NCBI GenBank assembly: GCA_040006775.1
Contig: JBDTWI010000008.1
Location: 1,262-65,261 of the forward strand
Direction: 5' to 3'
Origin: Saprospiraceae bacterium
GTDB lineage: Bacteria > Bacteroidota > Bacteroidia > Chitinophagales > Saprospiraceae
Length of the DNA: 64,000 nucleotides
Below, piece by piece: positions 55,197 through 64,000 of the stretch. The position numbers were made by a program, and so were the translations under genes. The notes beneath the pieces are model-generated. The model was not told where the DNA came from. It saw only the letters and a program-made list of their open reading frames with translations, and made no database searches. Within the stretch, counting starts at the first letter, position 1, and every line of letters begins with the position of its first letter.

Positions 55197-55603
55197 TTCT
55201 AATGAAATTGCTACTAAGATAGATGGGTAACATTGTATTCATCAAGTAAAGTTATAAATTTCAGCAAAAGCATAAGAACGAAATGTTAAATAAACCAATA
55301 CTTCAAATTGGAACCATATTTAGTAATTGATTTTAATTAGCCTTTCGTCTTTTAGAAGCATTTTAAATTAATCCCAAAATTGTCATTTGAAGTGACAATT
55401 TTGTCCTACAGGCCGACGAAATCATTGTTTTACAATGACTTGTCGGGATTAACCCTGACATTGAAAATGTAAGAAAAAATTATTTATAAAAATAAATAAC
55501 ACCTTCATTTTCAATCGTCAGCCAAAGGCAAAAAAGTCTAATGACTTTTTGGGTTAATATATTAGTTTTGCATTCCTTTTAAAGGAAAAGTATTTGTTTT
55601 GAT

Positions 55604-56677
55604 ATGGAAATTGTAAAGAAATTAGAAGCAGTGTATGATCGATATCAGTTTTTGGAGGAAAGACTTGCAAATCCTGAAGTTTTAAGCAATCTGACTGAGT
55701 ATAAGAAAATAAGCAAAGAATATAAAGACCTTGAAGCCGTTGTTGGGAGTTATCTAGAGTTGAAAAAAATTCTCCAACGAATGGAATCTGCCAAGGAAAT
55801 GCTTCATTCTGAAGACGCAGAAATGAAGGAATTTGCAGAAGTAGAACTAGCGGATCTTAACACAGAATCCGCTGCCATTGAAGAAATTTTAAAAGTTCAA
55901 CTTATTCCTAAAGATCCCGAAGATAGTAAAGATGTCATTTTTGAAATTCGCTCTGGCACAGGTGGTGATGAAGCTAGTTTGTTTGCAGGAGATCTGTTTC
56001 GCATGTATACCCGTTACTTCGAAACTCAAAGTTGGACTTATGAAGTAGTATTAGAAAGTCAAGGTAGCGCTGGTGGATACAACAAGGTAGTAATTGATGT
56101 AAATGGAACGGATGTCTATGGTAAACTAAAATTTGAATCAGGAGCTCATAGAGTTCAGCGTGTTCCAAATACAGAAGCGTCTGGGCGAATTCATACTTCA
56201 GCTGCCACAGTGGTAGTCATGCCTAAGTTAGAAATGGAAGACATTAACATCAATAAAGCGGATCTAAGAGTGGATACTTTTAGATCAAGTGGTGCCGGTG
56301 GTCAACATGTCAACAAAACTGAATCCGGAGTTCGCTTTACCCATCTTCCAACAGGTGCAGTAGCTGAAAGTACAGATAGCAGAAGCCAGCATAAGAATAG
56401 AGAAATTGCCATGGGAAGACTTATACAGAAGATAAAAGATTCTCAAGTTGAAGAGTATGAAACCAACGTAGCTGCACATCGAAGATCTTTAGTTGGATCC
56501 GGGGATCGCTCTGACAAAATTAGGACATATAACTTTCCTCAAAATAGGATGACTGATCACAGAATAAATTTCACTTCATACAATCTTACAGATATAATGA
56601 ATGGAAATATTGAAGATATAATTGAAGCACTGAGGGTTGCAGAAAATATGGAACGCATGAAATCAGGGGAGGAGTAA
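55604..56677 (+). CDS. prfA: peptide chain release factor 1
   Basis: 357 aa. GGQ motif (SGAGGQHVNKTES) and an RF1-type PxT loop (RVQRVPNTEASGRIHTS). Confidence 0.95.
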   Translation: MEIVKKLEAVYDRYQFLEERLANPEVLSNLTEYKKISKEYKDLEAVVGSYLELKKILQRMESAKEMLHSEDAEMKEFAEVELADLNTESAAIEEILKVQLIPKDPEDSKDVIFEIRSGTGGDEASLFAGDLFRMYTRYFETQSWTYEVVLESQGSAGGYNKVVIDVNGTDVYGKLKFESGAHRVQRVPNTEASGRIHTSAATVVVMPKLEMEDININKADLRVDTFRSSGAGGQHVNKTESGVRFTHLPTGAVAESTDSRSQHKNREIAMGRLIQKIKDSQVEEYETNVAAHRRSLVGSGDRSDKIRTYNFPQNRMTDHRINFTSYNLTDIMNGNIEDIIEALRVAENMERMKSGEE

Positions 56678-56777
56678 TTACTAATGAAATTTCAGCACAC
56701 TAGTTTAAAAATCTTGAGAACTATTCAAAGCGTTATGTATACAATTAAGCTTTAAGAATAATTCAATTACTTATTAT

Positions 56778-57497
56778 CTATTTACAATTATTGTAGTCTT
56801 TGATTACTGGAGCAATATATTCTTTCATTCTATTGCTGTCAATTACCTTACTAATAAATTTTGATAGCCCTTTTTTCTTACCGGTATCTAAAGGAGAAAT
56901 ACCGTACTTTCCAGATTCATAATCTGCTAGTACAGACGGGCAATCTGCAATTAGTTTTTTAATGTCTACGTCAGTAATATTTTTTAGTTTCCCATCATTC
57001 TGTTGCAACAATACATAATTGTTCATGGCCTCTTCTTTCATAGCTCTGTAATCTTCTGTTGAACCTACATAGACATTCGGTGGAGCATCATAATAATGAT
57101 AGATACTAAGTTTTCCAGATTCAATTACTTTCATAAAATATAAAGTAGATGCCATTTTCAAACTGATAGAACTCATATCAGAGAATGGTTTGCTCATATA
57201 ATTTACTCCTAAATCGCTCAACATATAAGCCTTAATATCTTCAGGTCCATATTTTTCAAATTCTTTGTTTTTTGGAGTTTTAGATAGGGTAAGCCATTTT
57301 GAATCTTCCATAAATCTGATTTTGGATTGGAATAACCATGGAGAAGATTCATTGGCATAAACCCTTATAATTCCTTTTTTTGATTGGCCATCAGAAGTAA
57401 TGATTTCACCTTGGTGATCAAATTCTCCTAATTTTGGTTGAGAAAAAATAGAAGGCACATTGAATATTAATAAAAAAACTACAAGGTAATTTTTCAT
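56778..57497 (-). CDS. secreted hypothetical protein
   Basis: 239 aa. Signal peptide MKNYLVVFLLIFNVPSIFSQ. No motif recognised. Confidence 0.6.
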   Translation of the reverse strand: MKNYLVVFLLIFNVPSIFSQPKLGEFDHQGEIITSDGQSKKGIIRVYANESSPWLFQSKIRFMEDSKWLTLSKTPKNKEFEKYGPEDIKAYMLSDLGVNYMSKPFSDMSSISLKMASTLYFMKVIESGKLSIYHYYDAPPNVYVGSTEDYRAMKEEAMNNYVLLQQNDGKLKNITDVDIKKLIADCPSVLADYESGKYGISPLDTGKKKGLSKFISKVIDSNRMKEYIAPVIKDYNNCK

Positions 57498-57579
57498 TTG
57501 CTTTAATTATTTGAAATAAATGATAATAATTAAACTAAAAGTACGGAATAGACAGAATAAGGTCTCTTAAATAATTTTG

Positions 57580-58572
57580 TTATGGATTATAAGACTCCTT
57601 AATCCATCGTTTAGTGATCTTTTGACCATTACTTTCAATTCTTAAGAAATACATACCACTCTTATATGAACTAACTGGAAGGTCAAATCTGTTGTTGAAC
57701 GAACTAATAATTCCATGCTCTATTACCTGTCCCATAATATTTAAAATATAGTATGCACCATCTAGTGGTCTTGATAATTGAACACTCAAATCAGTTCGAA
57801 CAGGATTCGTAAGAACTTTAACATCAGAAGCAATTAAATCAGTTGTCGAAGTAGTAACATCAAATTTATTTCCAGAGTTTAATACTTCTTTAGTCGTTAC
57901 ATCCTGAATCCAAACCAAGACATAAGTTTCATTTTCTACCCAAGATGATGAAACTGTATAATTATAACTAAGAGAAACGGTTGAACCGTTATCAGCTAAA
58001 TTAATTGGATCGCCACTAACTGCAGTTAAAAATTTTCTGAAAACATCATAATGAATTTTTTCACCATTTCCAGTTGTCTGATTGCGTACTTTTTCAGCAA
58101 TAACCGCAAAGACTCTATACGTACTTGTTGGTTTTATTCCAACGGTTTTAACATCAACATTTACCGTTCTAGTATTGGTGCCAATTTCTTTTACAACAAT
58201 TTCAACAGGAGATGTTTTATTCAATTCTGCTTCGATGGTTGCTGCTTTTATTTGAGAAGCTGCTTTTTTAGAAAGTCCATTAATTACTACGGTAGGAGTA
58301 CTAGTAACTCCGAGATTGTTTGTTCTTTCATCATTTTCAGTTTTATTGGCTTGATAGAATACACATGATGTGTATGGAAATTTAGGATGAATCGTTAAAT
58401 GATGATATTTTCCTTCATAAGGTGTCAATACAGAATAAAATCCTGGATTGGAGCTTGCGCAAACGCTACAATTCGAATTGGTAACATGCTCTAAAAAAAT
58501 ATATCTCTTAGCCTGACCGTTAGAAAATGTAAAAAAACCGCTTAAGATTGTTAAAAGTAAAACTCTCTTCAT
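57580..58572 (-). CDS. T9SS-secreted protein with an Omp28-like/thioredoxin-like N-terminal region
   Basis: Signal peptide MKRVLLLTILSGFFTFSNGQ starts at the ATG 58570-58572. FLEHVTNSNCSVCAS is present. The C-terminal ..YYILNIMGQ..SGMYFLRIESNGQ.. tail fits a T9SS CTD. The track start at 58596 is a TTG lying inside the -7 box. Confidence 0.7.
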   Translation of the reverse strand: MKRVLLLTILSGFFTFSNGQAKRYIFLEHVTNSNCSVCASSNPGFYSVLTPYEGKYHHLTIHPKFPYTSCVFYQANKTENDERTNNLGVTSTPTVVINGLSKKAASQIKAATIEAELNKTSPVEIVVKEIGTNTRTVNVDVKTVGIKPTSTYRVFAVIAEKVRNQTTGNGEKIHYDVFRKFLTAVSGDPINLADNGSTVSLSYNYTVSSSWVENETYVLVWIQDVTTKEVLNSGNKFDVTTSTTDLIASDVKVLTNPVRTDLSVQLSRPLDGAYYILNIMGQVIEHGIISSFNNRFDLPVSSYKSGMYFLRIESNGQKITKRWIKESYNP

Positions 58573-58593
58573 AGTTGATGATTTGTAGTTTTG

Positions 58594-58601
58594 CAAAGAT
58601 A
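58594..58601 (-). promoter_or_regulatory. TAnnTTTG -7 box (minus strand) for the 57580-58572 gene
   Basis: The minus strand reads TATCTTTG, 21 nt upstream of the ATG at 58572. Confidence 0.4.
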
Positions 58602-58710
58602 GTATATATAGACCTTTACTTTTTAATATTTAACATATTAAATTATTATTTAATATAAATGTTTAATTAATTTACAAGTTGTTTATTAAGTTACTGATTT
58701 TAAGCATTTT

Positions 58711-61700
58711 ATGCGAATAATTGGGACAATCTTTCTGTCCGCAATGTTCCTTTCTGCTTTTGCGCAATCAGGAGCTTTTAGAGAGCTTAAATTGGCTAAT
58801 AGTCCAGTGATATCCTTAGGAGATACAAACTGGATTTATCCTTCAAGTTTACGCATTATTGATTTAAAGACTGGTCAATACTATGATTCAACTGCTTTTT
58901 CATTGTTTGATTCAGAACTTAGACTCGATACCAGTATAATAAAAGACAGCATTTTAATAAAATTTAGCATTATACCTTATCTAATAAACAAGTATTTTTT
59001 TGTTTATGACTCGAGCGATCATCGAGAAGCTCTGCCACCGGAATATGCTTTACTAAATAAAAATAAAAGCAATTCCAACCCGGACTGGTGGGATAATCCA
59101 AGTATGGAATATGCCGGAAATTATACTAGAGGCTTAAGTCTTGGAAACAATCAATCCCTTATACTGAACTCAGGTTTAAATCTTGAAATGATTGGTGATT
59201 TAGGAGATAATATTAAAATTAAAGGGGCAATTACAGATAACCAAATTCCCATTCAACCTGAGGGTAACACAAGACAGATTCAAGAATTTGATCGCCTGTA
59301 TTTGGAAATAAAAAAAAATAATACAAGCCTTACTGCTGGAGATATTGATCTTAACAGACCTCGTGGTTATTTTCAGAACTATTTTAAAAAATCTTTAGGT
59401 GGATTAATCCAATTTCAACAAAATTTAGGGCAGTGGAAAATTCAACAACAAGGATCAGTTGGAATCTCAAAAGGGAAATTCAATAGAATGACAATACCTA
59501 TTGTAAATGCCAACCAAGGTCCTTATCGGTTGCGTGGAAGGGATGGTGAGAATTTTATAATAGTTATTGCAGCAAGTGAAAAAGTTTTTTTAGATGGAAT
59601 TCTACTTACTCGAGGTGATGATGCTGATTATATTATGGATTATAATATCGGTGAAATCAGATTTACACCAAGAAAACTTGTTACTGACCAGATGAGATTA
59701 ATTGTTGAATTCGAATATACTGATCAAAATTACCTAAGGTCTTTAATAACTTACAATGCTTCTGCCTCTAAAAATAATTGGAATGCTTACCTTAATTATT
59801 ATAGAGAAAACGACAGTAAAAAACCTTCAATTGCAAATGATTTGGATTCATTGGAGCAAAATATATTGGCAGAGAGTGGGGACATTCAAAATTCAGCAAT
59901 TAGTAGCCGCATCTCAAAAGCAGGTTCAAGTTATCGACCGGATAGAATTTATTATATTGCTAAGGATACCATTGTTGTTCAGCAGGGAATGCAAATTCCA
60001 AAGCAATACTTTTCCTATCAAGAAAGGTCTGATTCCAATTCTCTTCAAATAGTATTTACAGAAATTGGAGCCAATAAAGGAGAGTATCAATTAATTCAAA
60101 GCAATGCCAATGGAAGAGTTTATAAATGGGTTGGAGTAGATCCGATTACACTCCAACCTCTTGGCTCTTATGCTCCATTCAGAATTCTTGTTGCTCCAAG
60201 AAATCAACAATTGGTTTCCTTAGGTTTACAATATAAAACCAATGACCCAGATAAGTTTTCATTCAGTTTGGAAAGTTCAATTTCCAATTTGGATAAGAAC
60301 AGATTATCAAAACTAAATGATGCTGATAATATTGGAACTGCCGGAATTTTAGCTGCTACAGCACCTATCCTCAAATGGAAAAAAATTAAGTGGAGAAATT
60401 CTGGAAGCATGGAAATAAATGACAAGAAATTTGTTGCATTAAATCCATACCGAAATGCAGAATTTAACCGAGATTGGAATATTGAATCCCAAACTGGATT
60501 CAATGATCGTTTGCTCAATTTGAAATCAGAAGTATTTTTCAATACTAAAATATCTAGTCATATACAATTTAGTCAGTTTACAAGAGATAAGGATTTTAAA
60601 GGGAATAAATACACAAGCGGTTTTCAACGTTCAGATTCTACTTCAAATTTCAGAGTAAAGTTTGATTATTTGAAGACAGATTGGAATACTCAGACAACAG
60701 AATATTTAAGACCAGGAATATTTTATGTAAGGGACATTAAGAAGGTGATACAAATTGGTTTGTCAGCAGAACAAGAGAAGAACAAGAGAAGGGATACCAA
60801 ATCTGATAGCCTTCTTTCAAGTAGTTTTGATTTCGTAATTTATAATGCCTTTGTAAAATTTCAGAAAAAGGAAACACGGATATACAAACTTGACTGGAAA
60901 AGAAGAATTGATTTTAGTGTGGACAGCAATACATTTAATTCTTTCAGTATTTCTGATGAATACACACTAAACAATTTAATTAATAATTCAAAGTCAGGAA
61001 CTTGGGATTTTAAACTGACAGCAAGAAATGTTGAATACAGCGATAAAAAGTTGAATGACAGCATTGGACAATATTATTTCCTGGGTCAATTAGACCATAT
61101 TCTAAATTTGAAAAAAAATGCACTTCGAATAAAAACCTTGTATACAGTTCAATCCGGTGCAGAACCACGCGCTGAATATATATTTGAAGAGAGAAGAGCC
61201 GGAGATGGGGATTATATTTATATAGATTTTAATCATGATGGAATAAGACAATCCGGGGAATACGTTTATGCACCTGATATCGATACTGCGAGATTCGTAC
61301 GCATACAACTTTTTAATTCTGAATATATACAGACTTATCAAAGTGCAGTTAGCTCAGTTATTGGAATTGATTTCGGAAGACTGTTCAATTCAAAGAACAA
61401 TACAGGAATATGGAATAAATTTTCTTATGAATCCATCCTCAAATTTAGTAATAAAATATCACCGAATTCATCTTTACTGGAAAGATTGAATCCATTCTCA
61501 AATTATGCTAAAGACAAAATATTAATTGGATTTCAAAAGAATATTAGTCAGCAGTTGTTTTTTAACAGAGCAAATCCAATTTTTGAAATTAACACGAGTT
61601 TTATTATTAATGGAAATCAGCAAGTTCTTATTTCTGGAATTGAAACAAGACAAAAGGAGGAAAAAAATTTAAGATCAAGATGGACCTTAAAGAATAAATT

Positions 61701-62175
61701 AGATTTGAATCTTTTTATTTCTCAACAAAATGAAGAAAGAAATTTGGAATTCTACAACTTACAAAATTATTCCATTCGATCCTATTTTATTGATTTATCT
61801 TTTACTTATCGATTCAATCGGGATTGGCGGAATCAACTTGGTATGAAATTAAAAAATTCAGCAGAAAGGAAATTTACTTTTGAATCAGCCAAGACCATTG
61901 AGTGTTATACCTTATCACAATTTGCATTAAGAAAAAATTTTTCAACTAGACTAGAACTGCGATATATCAATATTAATTACTTAGGTACTCGAGGAAGTGC
62001 TGTTGAATATGTAATGCTGGATGGATTAAAAGATGGCAATAATATTACTGGTGAATTTACTTTCGATTTCAATATTTCCAAATTGATTCTTGCACAATTT
62101 AGTTATACTTTGAGAAAAGCAGCAGATTCCGGAGCTATTAGTACAGGTAGAGCAAGTATCCGAGCAAATTTCTAA
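58711..62175 (+). CDS. large hypothetical outer-membrane-type protein
   Basis: 1154 aa. Signal peptide MRIIGTIFLSAMFLSAFAQ. Long stretches of alternating beta-like pattern and a C-terminal ..SIRANF ending in Phe, as in many OM beta-barrels. No family recognised. Confidence 0.6.
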   Translation: MRIIGTIFLSAMFLSAFAQSGAFRELKLANSPVISLGDTNWIYPSSLRIIDLKTGQYYDSTAFSLFDSELRLDTSIIKDSILIKFSIIPYLINKYFFVYDSSDHREALPPEYALLNKNKSNSNPDWWDNPSMEYAGNYTRGLSLGNNQSLILNSGLNLEMIGDLGDNIKIKGAITDNQIPIQPEGNTRQIQEFDRLYLEIKKNNTSLTAGDIDLNRPRGYFQNYFKKSLGGLIQFQQNLGQWKIQQQGSVGISKGKFNRMTIPIVNANQGPYRLRGRDGENFIIVIAASEKVFLDGILLTRGDDADYIMDYNIGEIRFTPRKLVTDQMRLIVEFEYTDQNYLRSLITYNASASKNNWNAYLNYYRENDSKKPSIANDLDSLEQNILAESGDIQNSAISSRISKAGSSYRPDRIYYIAKDTIVVQQGMQIPKQYFSYQERSDSNSLQIVFTEIGANKGEYQLIQSNANGRVYKWVGVDPITLQPLGSYAPFRILVAPRNQQLVSLGLQYKTNDPDKFSFSLESSISNLDKNRLSKLNDADNIGTAGILAATAPILKWKKIKWRNSGSMEINDKKFVALNPYRNAEFNRDWNIESQTGFNDRLLNLKSEVFFNTKISSHIQFSQFTRDKDFKGNKYTSGFQRSDSTSNFRVKFDYLKTDWNTQTTEYLRPGIFYVRDIKKVIQIGLSAEQEKNKRRDTKSDSLLSSSFDFVIYNAFVKFQKKETRIYKLDWKRRIDFSVDSNTFNSFSISDEYTLNNLINNSKSGTWDFKLTARNVEYSDKKLNDSIGQYYFLGQLDHILNLKKNALRIKTLYTVQSGAEPRAEYIFEERRAGDGDYIYIDFNHDGIRQSGEYVYAPDIDTARFVRIQLFNSEYIQTYQSAVSSVIGIDFGRLFNSKNNTGIWNKFSYESILKFSNKISPNSSLLERLNPFSNYAKDKILIGFQKNISQQLFFNRANPIFEINTSFIINGNQQVLISGIETRQKEEKNLRSRWTLKNKLDLNLFISQQNEERNLEFYNLQNYSIRSYFIDLSFTYRFNRDWRNQLGMKLKNSAERKFTFESAKTIECYTLSQFALRKNFSTRLELRYININYLGTRGSAVEYVMLDGLKDGNNITGEFTFDFNISKLILAQFSYTLRKAADSGAISTGRASIRANF

Positions 62176-62235
62176 ACAACAATCAATTGTGTTTGAGTAT
62201 TAAAACTTATTTGCCCTCGATTTGTTTTTTGATAA

Positions 62236-63123
62236 ATGAGTATAATGAATTTGCGAGAAGTAGAAAAAATATATAATCCGCCTCATCCACATATGGTAGG
62301 TGATGGTTTTAGAGTACATAATTTTATTCCTGGAATTCCAGAATTAAGTATGTCAAGAATGGATCCATATATTATGTTGGATTACAATTCTAAGTTTAAT
62401 TTTCCCGCATCTAATACACCTAAAGGAGTTGGAGTTCATCCACACAGAGGTTTTGAAACAATAACAATTGCTTATCATGGACGAATTGCTCATCACGATA
62501 GTTATGGAAATTCAGGAATCATACATGAAGGTGAAGTCCAATGGATGACCGCTGCATCAGGTATTTTACATAAAGAATATCATGAGGAGGAATTTAGTAA
62601 GAGTGGTGGTGATTTTCAAATGGTCCAACTGTGGTTGAATCTTCCTGCTAAGTATAAAATGACTGAGCCTAAATACCAAAACATAACGAAGGAAAGTATT
62701 CCTAAAATTCTTACTTCAAACAATCAAGTTGAAATAGAATTAATCGCAGGTAATTTTTTAGAACACAAAGGTCCAGCTTATACTTTTACACCGGTTAACT
62801 TAATGAATATAAAGTTGAATGCTGGTGCTGAAATAGATTTGAATTATCCTGAAGATTTCAATACCTGTATGCTTGTTATTGAAGGGGAAATTGTAATCAA
62901 TAATTTGGAAAAAGCAAAGCTTGATCAACTGGTACTTATGAAAAATCATGGTCAAAATTTTTCAATTAAGTCAGAGCAAGCTTCTACAATATTATTATTG
63001 AGTGCTCAACCAATTAACGAACCAATTGCTTCTCACGGACCCTTTGTAATGAATACTCGCGAAGAACTTATTCAAGCGTTTAATGATTTTCAAGAAGGAA
63101 AATTTGGAGTCTTAGTGGACTAA
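62236..63123 (+). CDS. pirin-family cupin protein
   Basis: 295 aa. HPHRGFETITIAYHG..HHDS metal-binding pattern and a bicupin length. Confidence 0.9.
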   Translation: MSIMNLREVEKIYNPPHPHMVGDGFRVHNFIPGIPELSMSRMDPYIMLDYNSKFNFPASNTPKGVGVHPHRGFETITIAYHGRIAHHDSYGNSGIIHEGEVQWMTAASGILHKEYHEEEFSKSGGDFQMVQLWLNLPAKYKMTEPKYQNITKESIPKILTSNNQVEIELIAGNFLEHKGPAYTFTPVNLMNIKLNAGAEIDLNYPEDFNTCMLVIEGEIVINNLEKAKLDQLVLMKNHGQNFSIKSEQASTILLLSAQPINEPIASHGPFVMNTREELIQAFNDFQEGKFGVLVD

Positions 63124-63124
63124 T

Positions 63125-63775
63125 TTAATTAGGTATTTCTAAATTGCTTATTTGTTCTGAAATCGTTTCAAATGAATCAAATGAATAATTTAATTTAGTA
63201 AAATGATCAAGCACTCTAGGAAGCGTATATTCGAGATTTTTCCATGCCTTTAAACTATCGTGAAAAACTAATATTGATCCTGGTTTAGTGTTTTTAATTA
63301 CATTATTTAGGCATATTTCAGGCTTGATGAAGGGATCAAAATCTCCACTTAAGACATCCCACATTACAATTTGATAATAATTTTTAAGTATTTTAAATTG
63401 TGCAGGTGTGATTCGACCATATGGAGGTCTGAAAAAATTTGTAGGAACCAAACTTGCTCCTTTGTGGACATTTTCTAAATATTCTCCTGTATTAGTGCTC
63501 CAACCTGAAAGATGATTAAATGTATGGCTTCCTATAAAGTGTCCATTTAATTTTAGTTTATTAAATAGCTCCGGATACTTAATAATATTATCGCCTACGC
63601 AGAAAAAACTTGCCTTTGCCTTATAACGATCTAATTGATCTAATACCCAGGGAGTAACTTCAGGAATTGGTCCATCATCAAAAGTCAAAAATATACTTGA
63701 TTTCGAATCTTTTACATGCCACAACAGCTGAGGCATAAGTTGCTGAATAAACTTTGGGGTAAAACTGAAATACAT
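63125..63775 (-). CDS. polysaccharide deacetylase (NodB homology domain)
   Basis: 216 aa. FLTFDDGP, GSHTFNH and LVFHD motifs. Its stop codon is 1 nt from the convergent pirin stop. Confidence 0.85.
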   Translation of the reverse strand: MYFSFTPKFIQQLMPQLLWHVKDSKSSIFLTFDDGPIPEVTPWVLDQLDRYKAKASFFCVGDNIIKYPELFNKLKLNGHFIGSHTFNHLSGWSTNTGEYLENVHKGASLVPTNFFRPPYGRITPAQFKILKNYYQIVMWDVLSGDFDPFIKPEICLNNVIKNTKPGSILVFHDSLKAWKNLEYTLPRVLDHFTKLNYSFDSFETISEQISNLEIPN

Positions 63776-63871
63776 TAATAACTGATTGGATTAAGTATGC
63801 TACTTTTGAACCCTAAAAGTACTTTTAACTAAGTTAATCAAGAAATTAAACTTAGTTTTATAGATAAGTAA

Positions 63872-64000
<129 letters not shown>

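Noticed and set aside
63802-63824. Hairpin TACTTTT-gaaccct-AAAAGTA between the divergent deacetylase and gltX genes as a regulatory element
   Set aside because: The stem is short (7 bp) and A/T-only, lies in an A+T-rich divergent promoter region, and has no supporting conservation information.

Overview
A 64-kb chromosomal window from a low-G+C genome that looks like Bacteroidota. The evidence is that six predicted proteins end in T9SS-type C-terminal sorting domains and several genes sit behind TAnnTTTG -7 boxes. I count about 50 protein-coding genes. I did not recognise any rRNA, tRNA, CRISPR array, IS element or intact integrase or transposase. Housekeeping content: a GH20 hexosaminidase (partial, frame broken in a homopolymer), uvrC, a PpiD-like chaperone, a POT peptide transporter, a complete 14-gene nuoA-N complex I operon (33.0-45.8 kb), holB plus a PSP1/RicT-like gene, a DUF547/FAD-oxidoreductase/polyferredoxin trio, a tightly packed SDR/iodotyrosine-deiodinase-like/WD40/dcd operon, prfA, pirin, a NodB deacetylase and the start of gltX. 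The stretch from 11 to 33 kb looks accessory. It holds a very A+T-rich orphan gene and a repeat-bracketed cassette of two mosaic BNR/Asp-box T9SS paralogues flanking a Cys-rich protein. It also holds a 1194-aa HYR x4 / C-type lectin / GEVED T9SS adhesin and a BlaI / BlaR1-like / secreted PDZ operon. Next come a membrane-anchored, degenerate Ppx/GppA-like protein and a three-gene SET-domain / ATP-grasp ligase operon with the domain pair present both split and fused. That operon is my best candidate for an undescribed system. The stretch ends in a repeat-rich non-coding region, including a 102-bp tandem array, around another T9SS cargo gene. All functional calls come from motifs read by eye in the supplied translations. 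No database search was possible.
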